Below are positions 37,841 through 55,059 of a DNA stretch of 64,000 nucleotides, piece by piece. The stretch is from contig JBBPEB010000005.1 in NCBI GenBank assembly GCA_039096225.1, positions 1,054,001-1,118,000 of the forward strand, in the 5' to 3' direction. How positions within the stretch are numbered: the stretch's first letter is position 1; every line of letters begins with the position of its first letter. The notes under the pieces were generated by a model. It was not told the DNA's origin and did not search any database. It was given only the letters and a program-made list of their open reading frames with translations. Both the position numbers and the translations under genes were made by a program. The DNA comes from Blastocystis sp. Blastoise. Its lineage: Eukaryota > Protista > Bigyra: Opalinata.

Positions 37841-39415
37841 TTATTGTGTTTGATTAATATTTACATCAGACTTATGTTCAATATCGCTAGAAGGTGGGAC
37901 AGGTATAGAATTTAAAGATACAGTTTCATTTGGTAAATTATCTTTGTTAGGACTAGATGGAGTTAATGAAGGAGATATTTTACTATCGTCACTCACAGTC
38001 TTATTTTCGATAGTATTAATTTCACATTTCATATCACTTCCAGAAGTCATTTCAATACATTTTTGTTGTTGCATCAATTTATTATGAGGAACAACATACC
38101 AAGCATAGAATAAAGAATAAGAAATTTGAGATAAAATAAGAAAGCCAATAGTAATCAGACTTTCATTGATATACTGTTGATGAGAAGAAATGGTTTCACC
38201 TTCTTCAACAAAAAAAGGAGCAATTGTGTATCCCATAGCAATAGAAAAACATTCCATAAATCTGAAAATTGAGTTAACAGACTCAGGATCTTCAAAATAA
38301 TCAGTCATTAAAACAGGACAAATTGTCTGATATCCTGTATCTCCAATGGCGAATAATGTAGAAGCAAGGTAAAGTAACCAATCTTGAGTATTATCTGAAT
38401 AAATAGAGACTATGATACCTAATAAATAGTTGATATTAGTAAAGATCATCACACAATAATGGCCGAATTTATCAATAAAATATCCATCGATGAAGGAGAA
38501 TATGACTTGTAATAAACTATTGTAAGCGATAACTAAACCAATAATACTTGTATCACGTATTTGACGAGTGAATAATCCATTTACATAACCGAAGCCGAAT
38601 CCCCAGAAAAAAGTCATAAAGAAAGTTGTTAATACTTTAGGAGTGATAAATAGTTTTAGAACATCAATAAATCGTCTAAAGGGATTTCCTGTTCTAGTTA
38701 GTTTTTGTTTTCTATAATATTCTTCTCCTGCAGCTTTGTTATAAGTGAAAGGATCTTTAAAAAAAATAGTAAATCCACAGCCGAAGAAATCTAAAAGAGC
38801 TAAAGCTAAAAACATAATAGAAACACTTCCTAACCAGCCAGTTTGATTACCAGTAGATTCTATACCATAGTATTTTAAGAAAGCCCAAATAATAACATTT
38901 CCTATAATACTTCCTATCATATAAATACCCCAGAAAACACCTGATTTCCAACCACGATCAGCTTCAGTAGAATTTTCAGCTAAGAAAACTAATTCACAAG
39001 TCCATAAAATAGAGCCACTGACACCATGAAGCAAACTCCATGTTAGATTGAGAGCAGGAATAAAATAAGTGAATGTAAGCATATAAAACCCATATTCAAG
39101 ACTGAAGAATCTCATGACAGCACGAGCACTAGAGAAATAAACCATGATGGTAGGTGCAAAAAAGTATGCAAATGCACAACCATAGTTTAGAAGAGCCATA
39201 GAAATTGAACCAATATTACCAAAAAGAGCAGTACAGAAACTTTGAGCGACTTTAATTCCAAGAACAACAAAGCAAAACGTCCATCCCATAAGATAAATAT
39301 TATTAATAGTCAATTTTTCATGTTGTGACTTTCTTGGCATAGGTTGCATTTTCTTTTCGAATTTGTTAATTTCATTCTCTAATATAGCAGAGCTTGCAGT
39401 ACGACCTATTTCCAT
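37841..39415 (-). CDS. UNC-93/MFSD11-like MFS membrane protein, intronless
   Basis: 524-aa ORF with ~12 hydrophobic segments; HGVSGSILWTCE..FL and RGWKSGVFWG. Confidence 0.8.
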   Translation of the reverse strand: MEIGRTASSAILENEINKFEKKMQPMPRKSQHEKLTINNIYLMGWTFCFVVLGIKVAQSFCTALFGNIGSISMALLNYGCAFAYFFAPTIMVYFSSARAVMRFFSLEYGFYMLTFTYFIPALNLTWSLLHGVSGSILWTCELVFLAENSTEADRGWKSGVFWGIYMIGSIIGNVIIWAFLKYYGIESTGNQTGWLGSVSIMFLALALLDFFGCGFTIFFKDPFTYNKAAGEEYYRKQKLTRTGNPFRRFIDVLKLFITPKVLTTFFMTFFWGFGFGYVNGLFTRQIRDTSIIGLVIAYNSLLQVIFSFIDGYFIDKFGHYCVMIFTNINYLLGIIVSIYSDNTQDWLLYLASTLFAIGDTGYQTICPVLMTDYFEDPESVNSIFRFMECFSIAMGYTIAPFFVEEGETISSHQQYINESLITIGFLILSQISYSLFYAWYVVPHNKLMQQQKCIEMTSGSDMKCEINTIENKTVSDDSKISPSLTPSSPNKDNLPNETVSLNSIPVPPSSDIEHKSDVNINQTQ

Positions 39416-40200
39416 GTTTATTGATTAAAAAATTACGCAAAATAAATTTTAAATCTTGTTTATTTGCAAAGAAAAGAGTACACTACGATAATATATTAAG
39501 GGTGCATAATATATAAACAAAATTATACCTATATAATTAGTGAAATACTTAAATAAGTTAATTAATTATAAGAGACCAGTGCTTTTTAATCTCTTTCGTT
39601 TTTGTGATTCAACAAGAAATTTTTTGGAAATTTCTGAGTACTTTTTTTAATTGGAGAAAACAGAGATTTCTAATCTTTTTTTTCCGTTAAAAAAGACAAT
39701 TTTACAGAGGAATTCATGAAATAATCATTTTTAGTGAGTGTCGAGAGATGTTGTCTCTCTATGAGAGCCTGTGCGACGTCGCATGCATGTGATTATTACT
39801 TGTAATTAACTGAAGAATTAGATAAGGAAATCTTTAGTGAAAAACAATATACTGTTGTGTTTATTCTCTCGTCGAAAATGACGTAAATCTTATGATGAAA
39901 AAAAAAGGAATTGAATCATGTATGTCTTTATTTATTTATTTTTCTATTATCGTTCATTCCTGTACTGCTTGAATGATGTATAATACTAAGACAAGGGTAT
40001 TGCTTGAAATTTTTAACTTCTAAAAGAATGACATGCACTTTTTTTATTGCTAAATAAACGTTGAAGATATATAAACAGTTTTTGTGAATACACACTCTAT
40101 ACGAGAAAAGAAATAATAAGAAAAAGCGGAAATTTATTTGTGTTTCAAAAATTTGAGAAATTATAAAAAATAAAGAATAGAATACATTGAAATAAACTGA

Positions 40201-43230
<3,030 letters not shown>

Positions 43231-43982
43231 TCTTAGAATATTATATATCTAGAACCTAATATAAATATATGTTCAGGTCTCGTAAATAATCAATACTATT
43301 CCAAATATCACAACACAAACTAGGTCATACTTTCCTGTTTATTTTTATTTTTCCGCTGTGTTTTTCAGAAGAATCAAAGATATGTTTTATTCTATGTTTT
43401 TTTAGATATTACTACCACATAAAGAATTATTATTTATTTGACTGTATTCAACATAACCTAATGAGAATATTCAGAACTTTATTCAAATAATTAGGATCAT
43501 TTGCTTTTTCCATATCTATTAATTCAATAAAAATACATTTTCTAATGATTTCTGATATCCACTAGATTCTCTATTTATAGAATTATCTAATAAATTTGTT
43601 TAATAAGATATATGTCAAAAAGATATCAACAAAAAAAATTCAAATTTACTTATAAATAATCTGGCTATACCAGTTAATGTAATGAGTATTCATTAGCATA
43701 CAAAATTCTAATAATTATGCAACATTTTGCTTAAGAATTACTAAAATACTTTTGATTTTTCACAATAAATATTCTAAATATTATGAAAATGTCATATAAA
43801 ATATAATAATATATAATTTATAATCAGTAAGACACCAAATTTGGCTGTTTATAATTACTTTGTTAAAACAGAATACTTGCGAGAATATCTATTTTGTTGA
43901 ATAAGAAATTGAAAAATTTTCATAATTTTTTGTTTTTGAGTTCATTGCTAGTGAATTGTTCTTACTTTGAAGAAATAATTCT

Positions 43983-45278
43983 ATGGAAACAAAGAAAACT
44001 ATAGGATCGACAAGTGATCCTCAAGATAAGAGACTTGCAATGGAAATCGTAGTGCCGCCAACAACTCTAGGGATCAAGGGACCTTTTCGATCAAATGGAT
44101 ATGTTCATGAAGTAATGTGGGAGGCTAAAATAAAAGTAGATAGAGAAATATCTAGAAAACAATTCATCAATATGTATATATTTCTTCTATTTACTAATAT
44201 TTTATGGTTGTTCAAATAACAATTTCTCATGTATAGTGTTATCAAACCAACAGTTCCAGATATCGATGGATTTATCATCACAGGTCACGTCAATATTACT
44301 TACAAACCTCTCGTTGAGAAGTCTGTTGTATCTCAGGAGACGAATATCTTTGAATGTGACTTCAAATTTGTGAATCGGAAAGATGTAGGATATAGAACTC
44401 GAGGTAAAAAAGAATTATTAGATTTTTATCCATTTCAAGAACATGGAGTCATTCTTTTTATTTATATTTCTAATGTTAGGTATATATATATATATATATA
44501 TAGTATATAGTGTATTCATGGAATAAAGGATAATAATAATAATATATTTTCTAAATGATAAAAAAATATATTTATAAATCTATGATTATTAATATATATA
44601 TATATAGTTTTCTTGATAAAACAAATATATTTTCTCGAGAGCCGACAAGTGATCCTGTAGGTATATATAATCAAGGAACAACTTGCTATATAAATTCAAT
44701 TATTCAATTATTATACCACGTCAGTGGCTTTAGACGAAAGATTTATGAGTTATATAAACCAAATAGTATATTTTCTCAATTTTATAAGAAACGTCATGTG
44801 ACAAGTTGTAAAGATATCGAGATTGATACGTCATTACTGAAACAAAGATATGAGCATGAAGCACAAAAACACAAATCGAATGAATCATCATCTTGTGGTG
44901 TTTCTCCAGTTTCTCCTTCTTCTCCTCTCTCTAAGGATATGGATATAGATACAAAAGTACTTTTAGAAAGTGAGAAGAAAACCACGGTTCTTGATGAATT
45001 ATTAGATATATTCGTTTGCCTCCAAAAAGGAGCATTGCCCGCCAGTACGAAGGGACTAACACGTGCTTTTGGATGGACAGGAATGGAAGTATTTAATCAG
45101 GTATATATATATGTTTATATGTGTATTAGTATTGTTATTATTATTGTTATATGTATTATTATTGTTATTATTATTGTTATATGTGTTTATATATGATTAT
45201 TGTTTTATGTGTTTATATATTTATAGCATGATGTTCATGAATTATTATATATGTTAACAAATTCTATTGAAAATGAAT

Positions 45279-45332
<54 letters not shown>

Positions 45333-45508
45333 AAAGTATTTGCATTAGAAGGAGAACAGAATCCAATGAGTATATATACATATATATATATATATATTCC
45401 TTCTTCTGTCTATAGGTACATTTGAAGGATATATGTATAGTTATATAAAAGGAATTGATATTCCTTATAATAGCTCTAAGAAAGAAATATTCAACTCTCT
45501 TCAAATTG

Positions 45509-45543
<35 letters not shown>

Positions 45544-46091
45544 CTATATTCTCTCTCTTTACCTCCCCTAGAACGTCGAAGGTTCTACGTCTCTCCCGCT
45601 GTCTCTCTCGCTACTCACGGCTGCCGAACGCCTCGAGGGGGACAATCGACTGTTTATTGAGGGTAAAGGATACAGCACGTGCCTTAAGGGGGAAGGTATC
45701 TATATCCCTCCACCTGTACTCATGTTCCAATTAAAACGATTCAAATATAATGCTCTATGTAATAAAATGGAAAAAGTATATATATATATATATAATTGTT
45801 ATCTATATATAACTATATATATAGTTGAATAGTTATTTTGAATATCCTGGAGAACTGGACTTATATCCGTTTTTATATCGTGATGACGCACCTAGTCCCC
45901 CTCCATCTCCCGATTATATATATATATTAACCGCGGTTCTTGTTCATAAAGGAAGAGTATATATATATTATATATATATATAATTGTTATATATATATAG
46001 ATAGATAGTGGTCATTATTATATATATATACGAAAGAGCAGTATTTATAACACTGATGATTCCTGTATATATATATATATAACTATTTATA

Positions 46092-46140
<49 letters not shown>

Positions 46141-46186
46141 GAAGGAGATAAATGGATAAAAATTGATGATGATACGATTTCAGAAG

Positions 46187-46244
<58 letters not shown>

Positions 46245-46295
46245 TAGGTCAGAGAGAAGTATATGAAGGTTGTTTTGGATCTAAAGAAAATACAA

Positions 46296-46358
<63 letters not shown>

Positions 46359-46601
46359 TTCATATGTGCCTACTGCTTATATACTTATATATATGAATAA
46401 AACAAAATATGATTCTTTAAGACAATATATATATATATATATAAATTTATATGACTATATATGTATCACTATATATCTATATATATATATAGACAGAAAT
46501 ATCAATTATTGATCCAGCTATATATACACATATATTAACGCGGGAAAGTCAGGCTTATGAATCAAGAATCGCGGGAGAATTCAATAAACTACAACAAACT
46601 G

Positions 46602-46638
<37 letters not shown>

Positions 46639-46805
46639 GTATTATACATCCTTTTCCAAACTTCCTCGTTCGGTTCCCGCGGGGAATCGGATATTTTCTG
46701 GGGATTCTTGGAGTTCCCACGGTTTTTTCCGTGATAGTCGAATCTATGAAGATGATGTTTTACGCGCTATTTCAAAAGATACTGGCATTCCTGTAGAGAG
46801 ACAAG

Positions 46806-46838
<33 letters not shown>

Positions 46839-47441
46839 GTATAGTTATATATAATAATAATAGTATATTCTATATACAACAATAATAATAATTATGAATC
46901 TTATAATATAATAATATATAAATTATAATAATTATGATAATAATAATAATTCTTTAGTTTTTGTGGTCTATGATCCCCAGTAGTTGTGGGGGATGCAAAC
47001 TGGATCTTCCGATTTCCCCGCCATATGTTCCCGCCAATATGACCGTTGATGAAATCACGTGCAAATGCCATAATAATATGTTTTATATTCAAGATACTAA
47101 AGGTATTTATATATATATAACTATTTATATAACTATATATAGGATTTCCATTTGATGTGAAAACCAATTTATATTTCTTTTTATATGAATCGGTGACCCG
47201 CGGGAATACAACGGATCTGCGTATTTTTAGTGATTTAATCATGAATAAGAAAGATACTGTTTTTAATTTGAAGAAATGTATTCAAAAGAATAAAGTATAT
47301 AAATAATATATATATATACATAATTATATATAGAAATTATTAACAACTCAAGCTATTCATATATATGCAATCACGTGCATATCAACCAATGGATGCGTTG
47401 AATTAGATGACGCACTCTCATTGGAAGATTGTAGAATTCAA

Positions 47442-47483
<42 letters not shown>

Positions 47484-48773
47484 AATGGTGATTTGTTTGT
47501 TTTTGAATTACATTCAAATTCTTTACCCGCGATTTATCCAACGATTTCCCACCAAATTGACGTTAACATCCGTTCAGCATCCCCAGGGGAATTACCAGAC
47601 TTCTCTATTTGTGTCTCAAATCGAAGTTCTATAGAAACAGTATATTCAGAAATTTTCAGTCAATTGCTGAAAACGATTAAAACAAATAAAGCAAAAGGAA
47701 TTCTATATGATTCTAAGAATAATACTATTCCCCAAAATGATCATTATTTACGATTATTTAGTGGAAATGAAAAGAAAATTATTAAAGAAATATTTTATGA
47801 TGAAAGGTATATATATAGAGTTTCTTTTATATATATATATATCTTATTTCTATCAGTATATATAATATATTATATTTCTTATTTGTATTATTATATATAT
47901 ATATATTATATATCTTAATTCTATTATATATATATATATTTCCCTCTTAGTGAAAGCGTGGGCACTTCATTTTTTGATATATATGTATATCCTTATACTT
48001 ATATTCCTTTATTATATTACGAAGTCATTCCCGTGGGAATTCAAGATCTTGATTACGGATATTTGGCTTATTTACGAATAAATAATCGTAATGAAGAATA
48101 TAATAAGAAAATATATATAAAAGATACAAATATTGATGGGAATAAATCAGAATATACTTTAGATTTAGTATTTTCCCAGTTAAAATCAGAATATATAACA
48201 TCGAATATGTCTTTATATCTATATACTTTATCTTCTTTATATACAGTTGAACCTATAAATATGAATCAATCTCTTTTTAGATATACAGATTATTCCCGTG
48301 GGAATCAGTTATATGCACAAGTACTTGATGTTCCCCGCGGTTATTCCCGTCTCTGTAGGGGATTGTATGTCGATATGATAGAAGATAATGAGTGTACATA
48401 TAGTAGTATATATTATAGTAAATATATATATATAAGTCCTTCGATGACTGTTTGTGAAGTGATTAAAAGATTATTAGTATTATTTGGAGTTGATATTATT
48501 GAAGAATATAAAAACTCGATATTACCGCGGAAAATAGCTGATTCAGAATTATTAATGAAATCTATAGATATATATGTGAATGATCAATATATAGTTTATT
48601 ATATGTCACCTTCCAATGAGATTTCTGTGTTTCTAGAGGATGGAGAGGAATTAGCCAATAAAGATAAACCGTTACGCAGTTACACGTGTATGCAATGGAC
48701 TAATAATAATAATAATAAAGGTCATAATAATAAGAGAAAAAAGATAGAAGAGAATGAATTATTGAATTGTTCA

Positions 48774-48806
<33 letters not shown>

Positions 48807-48836
48807 TTGGTTAATAATAATAATAATAATAATTTG

Positions 48837-48874
<38 letters not shown>

Positions 48875-48995
48875 GAGAGTACTGGAAGAGAAACAAAAAC
48901 GAGATGAAATAGACTACGGAGAGGCTTCAATTCTTCTTATTCCTAAGAATATATACAAACAACGAAAAGATAAAAACATACTTTCGATACAATAA
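43983..48995 (+). CDS. USP7/UBP15-like ubiquitin-specific protease (C19)
   Basis: Cys box [13 protein letters not shown]; [20 protein letters not shown]; His box [17 protein letters not shown]; WIKIDDD; TAYILIY. Confidence 0.9.
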
Positions 48996-50140
48996 GTATT
49001 TTGTATATATAATTATATGTGTTTTCATTTCTATTTATTATTATATATATATTATTTAATCAATGAAATTTAATAAAATATAATACATTTTTCATTTTCT
49101 TGTTTTTCTTATTTTCTTAATCAATAGCATCTATATATATATTTTTATTTTTTTTCTATGTTTCTGTTCATTTCAAAACATTCTCTTTATTCTCACTTTT
49201 TAAAAGTAATTTTTTAATATTCTTTTCAAATATATATTTATGACTTACATAATTATATATAATCATTCTTCTTTATTCTAATATAGACTAGTTATAATAA
49301 TAAAAATGCTTTTTAATACCTTTTTTATGTCTCATCTTTTACTATAATAATCATTTAGTTATTATTTCTTAACCATTCACAACTTTTCTCTATCTCTATA
49401 TATACATATATATATATTACTATTCTTAGTTTTGCTATTTCATTTTTTCTTTAGTTCATGATTCTATTAATATATTCTATGGACAATAATAATATTAATA
49501 TTTAAAATGAATAATTCTTTATATATTCAGTTCTTTGAGTGATTCTATATGAGTCTATATTTATATGAATCTGTTTATATTTATAAAAAGTTGTATAAAC
49601 TATTGAAATGACAAAAATTAAATGAATGCTTTTATATAAACATATGACTTTCACAAACATACTATAAATTCGTGATATTATTAAAAGAAACAATAAATTT
49701 AATTAATAAAAAAACAAAACAAAGATAATTGAATATCGTTACTTTGTCACATCAATTTGAATATGTATATATACACACTAAACAAGGAAAGAAGAAATCT
49801 AAATAAAATTTAAAAAAATATATCATGACTTATCATATATATGATATATCTAGAAAAAAAGATAAAGAAAAAAATACTAGATTAATCGATATAATAAAAG
49901 TGATAGGAACCAAAAAAGAAGAAAAGACAACATATTTATTGTATACATACGACATATACAGAATTCATAATATTTAGAATAATATAGTTTTTGGATGATA
50001 ACATATCAAAGAAGATAAAAAAGAAGAATTATGAAAATTCTCATATCCAGATTTTTATGAAATATAAATATAAAATAATTTTATATAGAAATGTGTACAA
50101 CAATGTAGATGTATTTTATTAATATTCTTTGAGATATATT

Positions 50141-51495
50141 TTATTGTTGACTTGAAAACACTTCTATCTCAATAACTTTAAAGAAGTTTTTCATTCCTTT
50201 TTGATTTGTATTTACAAATAAAGAACTTCCAAATTCTTGTTCTTGTTGAAATATACCAGTTTTACAACCAATAAATGAACGATTATTATTATTACATTGA
50301 TCTTCTATATATATACCACTACAGAAACAAGCTAAAGAAGAAGGATTCTGAACAATTGCATCTTTTGCGCTTATTACAGGTAACTGAATAGGTCCTGTTT
50401 TATGAGGATTATCAATAGAAAATAAGAAGGATTTATCATCATATCTCCAACCAGTATCTATATATATATATAAATTATATTAGTATAGAATTTGAATAAT
50501 AAAAAAAAACATATATTAATATTATAATTTTATGTAAATATAATAAACTAATAATGAATATAATAACTATAATAATAAATATAATAATATAATAAAACAT
50601 AATAAAACATAATAAAACATGTGAAACCTCAGTATATTTCTTTTGAAAAGAGGTTTCATATTAATATATATATATACTTTTAAATGCAGATATATCAGGT
50701 TCACCCCAACCAACTGAAGAATAACCACCAAATATACATTCTTGATTATTACTACCAATTGCTTTAATAATTACTACAACATCTTTGTGATTATCACATA
50801 AACGATGAAAGGCACGCGCAGAAAATGTGTCTACAGATCCTAAGAAGATACGTATATAATTGTGATCTGGATTAAGAATATCGACCAACCATTGTTGACC
50901 TTCTTTACTCAATATTGATGATTGATTAATATTCACACGATCAGACATAGTCGTTCTCATAGATAATGGCTATATATAGTTATATATTATATTATAATAC
51001 AAATATATATAAAAACAAATGATGAATAAGATTCATCAGTTATATACGTACTTGAAAAATATTAAGTTGTTGTTGATAAAACACATTGGGATTCACATTG
51101 TTTATAGCACTTTGTGAGGCATATTGTATTATGCTTCCGGTAGATCTTTTTTCATGATACATTAATTGTCTTTTATCAAGTTGAATTGTAATTGTTGGCT
51201 TCTGAACTCCATATTTGGGATTAGTAACAAGAGATCTGTTTGAAAGGAGTCGTTGATAATTTAACTTATTCATAACGGGATTGCTTGGTAATTTGTATCC
51301 CATTTTTTGAAGTTGTTGAGTTGTAAATAATCTAGTGAATTCTTTTGATTTAACTATATAAGAAAGAAAAAAATAGAATATTTCTGAATATAATATGTAA
51401 ATATCAAAGACTTCATCATCGAAATGGATGCCTTGATTCTCAATGTATAACTATATACCATCATTAATAAGGTTGTTGCTAGATACAGGATTCAT
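50141..51495 (-). CDS. TLDc-domain protein
   Basis: FLGSVDTFSARAFHRLCD..VVVIIK..IFGGYSSVGW..DDKSFLFSI..FKVIEIEVF. Confidence 0.9.
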
Positions 51496-51756
51496 TTTCG
51501 CTGCTTAATCTAATTGTAAATAATAAAATAAAAATGATGAATAAATGGAACATTTTTTACCTAGTTTTTTGGAGAACTTAATATGTTTAGTTTTTGCAGA
51601 GACTTTTTTTAGTGGTTTCTAGAAAAACTAGAAAAATTATTTTTCCACAAATTTTCTAGTAACAAAACAAGCTTTATTGAGCACAAAATATATAAATTAT
51701 TAAGAGAGTAAGCTCTAGAAGCTTATAATGATTGAAATAGTAAAAAATTTTTTTAA

Positions 51757-52166
51757 CTAGAAAAACGAATTACTGGCTAACAAGGATACTACAATGAAAG
51801 GTCTTATTTCGTCTGTATAGGTACAAAGAAAGTCACTAGGTTCCCAAAGATGTCGATAGCGCATAAAAATACAAGTGAGTAATGAAGATCCTGTGAGGAA
51901 GATGGATTGAATGATAGTTTCTATGAGTGGAGAGAATAGATTATTATAATAGAGTAGCATATAATAGGAATCAATGATAGATAGTTGCATTAAGAGACAG
52001 ATGGGTGCCCAAATCATATTATCTTCCAATGGATAGCAAGCATTATTAGTAATATTGTAATTCCCCCACCAAAAATAAAGGCACTGTGTTTTCTATATAT
52101 GAATAGAATAGAAATAACTGAAACAAATTTGAAAAAACTAAGAAAAATTATAACAAAAACTTAAAA

Positions 52167-52202
<36 letters not shown>

Positions 52203-52379
52203 CTAGAGTTTCTAAATCAAAAAAAAAACTCTGATATGATGAAAAAGATATAAAAAACTTTATTAAAGTTATGATAATGGAATTGAATGAATATGAAAAA
52301 AAAATAGAAGATATATATAATTATTTATAAAAACTGAAAATATAGGATGAAGTGAATAAAAGAGATACTTATGAAAATG

Positions 52380-52426
<47 letters not shown>

Positions 52427-53003
52427 TATGGTGTTTGATTCGTAGAGGACAAAAATAATAGCAAAAGAAACAAATGAATATTCCAAGTTTATAAATAGAA
52501 TTTGAATGAATTAGAATCCATTTTGTGAGAATATCATTGATAATAGTATATGTAATAGAATACTGTTGATATAATATGGAGGATAAAGTTATATATTGGA
52601 AGTTTATATTGTTAGAATAAGGTATAAAAGAGTAAGAAAGAATGCATGAAAGAATGAATATACTAAAGAAAAGAAGAGGAAATAATGTAGAAATGAAGTT
52701 CATATATTTATAAAGATCTATTGTAAGTATATATGCATTAAGAGGAAGTTGAAGAGAAAGAGGCTGATTGGTAGTTGTGAAATACTCAGAAAAAGAAGTT
52801 CTTTTCGAACAGGAATCGGAGACAGTTATGGATAAATAATGTTTTCTTTTTGAACTATATATATATTTAAGAATAAGTTATTATGTATATATACTTTAAT
52901 ATATGATTATGTGCAATATAAATGTTTGCTTGACAATCACTTTTTTGTACAAATAATTCATGTTTATCTATGGTACTATATATATATATATATAGAGAGA
53001 ATA

Positions 53004-53043
<40 letters not shown>

Positions 53044-53166
53044 TATATATATATATATATATACAGTTTAATATGTTTAATTTCATTTTTAGAAGTAGCA
53101 TATATATATATATCATTTGGTGATATAGATAGAGATTGCTCTGTATTTGTTAAATAACGATAATCC

Positions 53167-53198
<32 letters not shown>

Positions 53199-54566
53199 AT
53201 AATAATAAATAATATATATATATACTTTAGGATTAGCTAGACAAACAATAGGTTGTTTATCAAAGTCATTTATCGTATAATCATGAAACGAAAGAATTCC
53301 TTTATATAAAGTAAACACACGAAACCTATGAAAATATATATATATATATATATATTAATAAGGAAAACTATATATATATATATACATTCCTAATTCTTTG
53401 AAATCATTTACTGTAAAACAATGTGTGTCGCGATTTAATAAATACTATATAATAATATATAATATAAAAAATTAAAATAGATATCATAATAAATAGTCAC
53501 ATAATAAAATAGAAAACACTATATATATACATTTGTGTGTTTTCCCATAATAGAATGAATATGTCCCGCCAAATAAGCTATCGGCTTATAAAACTCTATA
53601 ATTTCTTTAATATTATGACCATATTTTGATCTTGTTGTACAGTCTAATGTAAATAATGGAAAATGACTGAAGAGTAATGTAGTTGAATAACTATATATAT
53701 ATTTTCATAATAAAATAATTTATTTTCTTAAAACCAACAGAAAACATATATATATAACATAAACATAAAAATCAACGTAAACATAAACATAATAATTCAA
53801 AATATACCTCTTATTCATTAATTTTGTTTCTAATTCATCAAGAATGGTTATAGGGATTTGTCCAAAAAAGCACCATTCTATTTCTTTGCATCCTTCAAAG
53901 CCAATTACACGAAGAGAACCATCATTATAGTGATATATATTTTCATAACTATAGAAAAACAATAGAAAATTTATTTTTTTGAAAGTAATTATAAATAGCA
54001 ACATAGAGTATCAATAAACAATGTATATATTTATTATAACAGATTTCCAATGAAATTCCATATTGAGAATAAAGAAACATACATAGATCCTTTGGAGTAT
54101 TGACCTGAAACTGAGTAATCTTTATAATAATTCAAATACCCACCGCTCTCATCCCATGCATCGTGATTTCCACGTATATCAAGCCAGAAATTAGGGTCAA
54201 AATATCCAGCATCAACTAACATTTCTTTATATCTATGAACACATTAGTAATCATGTAGGTAAATAACTATACAATTTCCATTCTGATAAAATTGGAGCAC
54301 CTAATTACAGCAAAAATTAATAAATGCAAAAATTAAATAATATTTGTAAAAAACATATTAAGAATCAGAAATAGCATACTTAATCCATTCTTATCGCCTA
54401 CAGAGTTGCATTCATCGCCACTACATATCACAAAATCTGGTCTTAAAGACGGAATAACCTCATTGAGTAGTTTTCTGAAATAAAGTGCTTGTACAGACTC
54501 ATGATTTGTAATAAGGTGAAGATCTGATATATGAATAAAAGTAATAATTTCTTTTGTATTGTTCAT
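51757..54566 (-). CDS. TMEM62-like calcineurin-like metallophosphoesterase with C-terminal TM segments
   Basis: FIHISDLH, PDFVICSGD, WLDIRGNHD, LFSHFP, AYLAGHIH. Confidence 0.85.
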
Positions 54567-55059
54567 TTTTAAAAATTTTATTTAATATGTTTAAAGAATA
54601 AAAGCCATTATAGGTAAATCAATTAAAAAAGAATCAATGAATATTCTTTTTTGCTTTAAAAATAAACTATTTCAAACACAAAATATATTATTGGCTGTTT
54701 CTTCTTAAGAACCAATTATATACAAGATATCTATCAATAAGCCAATACAAAAAACGCTGGATTCTTTCTTGTTTTCGATTCTTTATATTTTTATTTGTTT
54801 TCACAAAAGAAATGATAGATTAATGGCTTTATTGTATGAAAAACGAGTCTATACATTAATATCTATGAAAATCCTGATTGACTCTGGGTAAAAAAACAAA
54901 AATACTTCAATAAAACGATAATTGCATTAGGGCAATAAAACCTAGTATATAGTACTTATTTTTGCAAATAATGGTTCCAAATTATATATAAAATACATAA
55001 AACACAAAAATCTAACTCAATCTTGACTTTTCTGCAGAAAATGCGAGTTTCAAAACGTA

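Noticed and set aside
48028-48039. Naming the palindrome as an E2F (TTTCCCGC) or CSL (CGTGGGAA) site
   Set aside because: Half-sites resemble both, but the AACC..GGTT variants and the exonic location fit neither, so no factor can be assigned from sequence.
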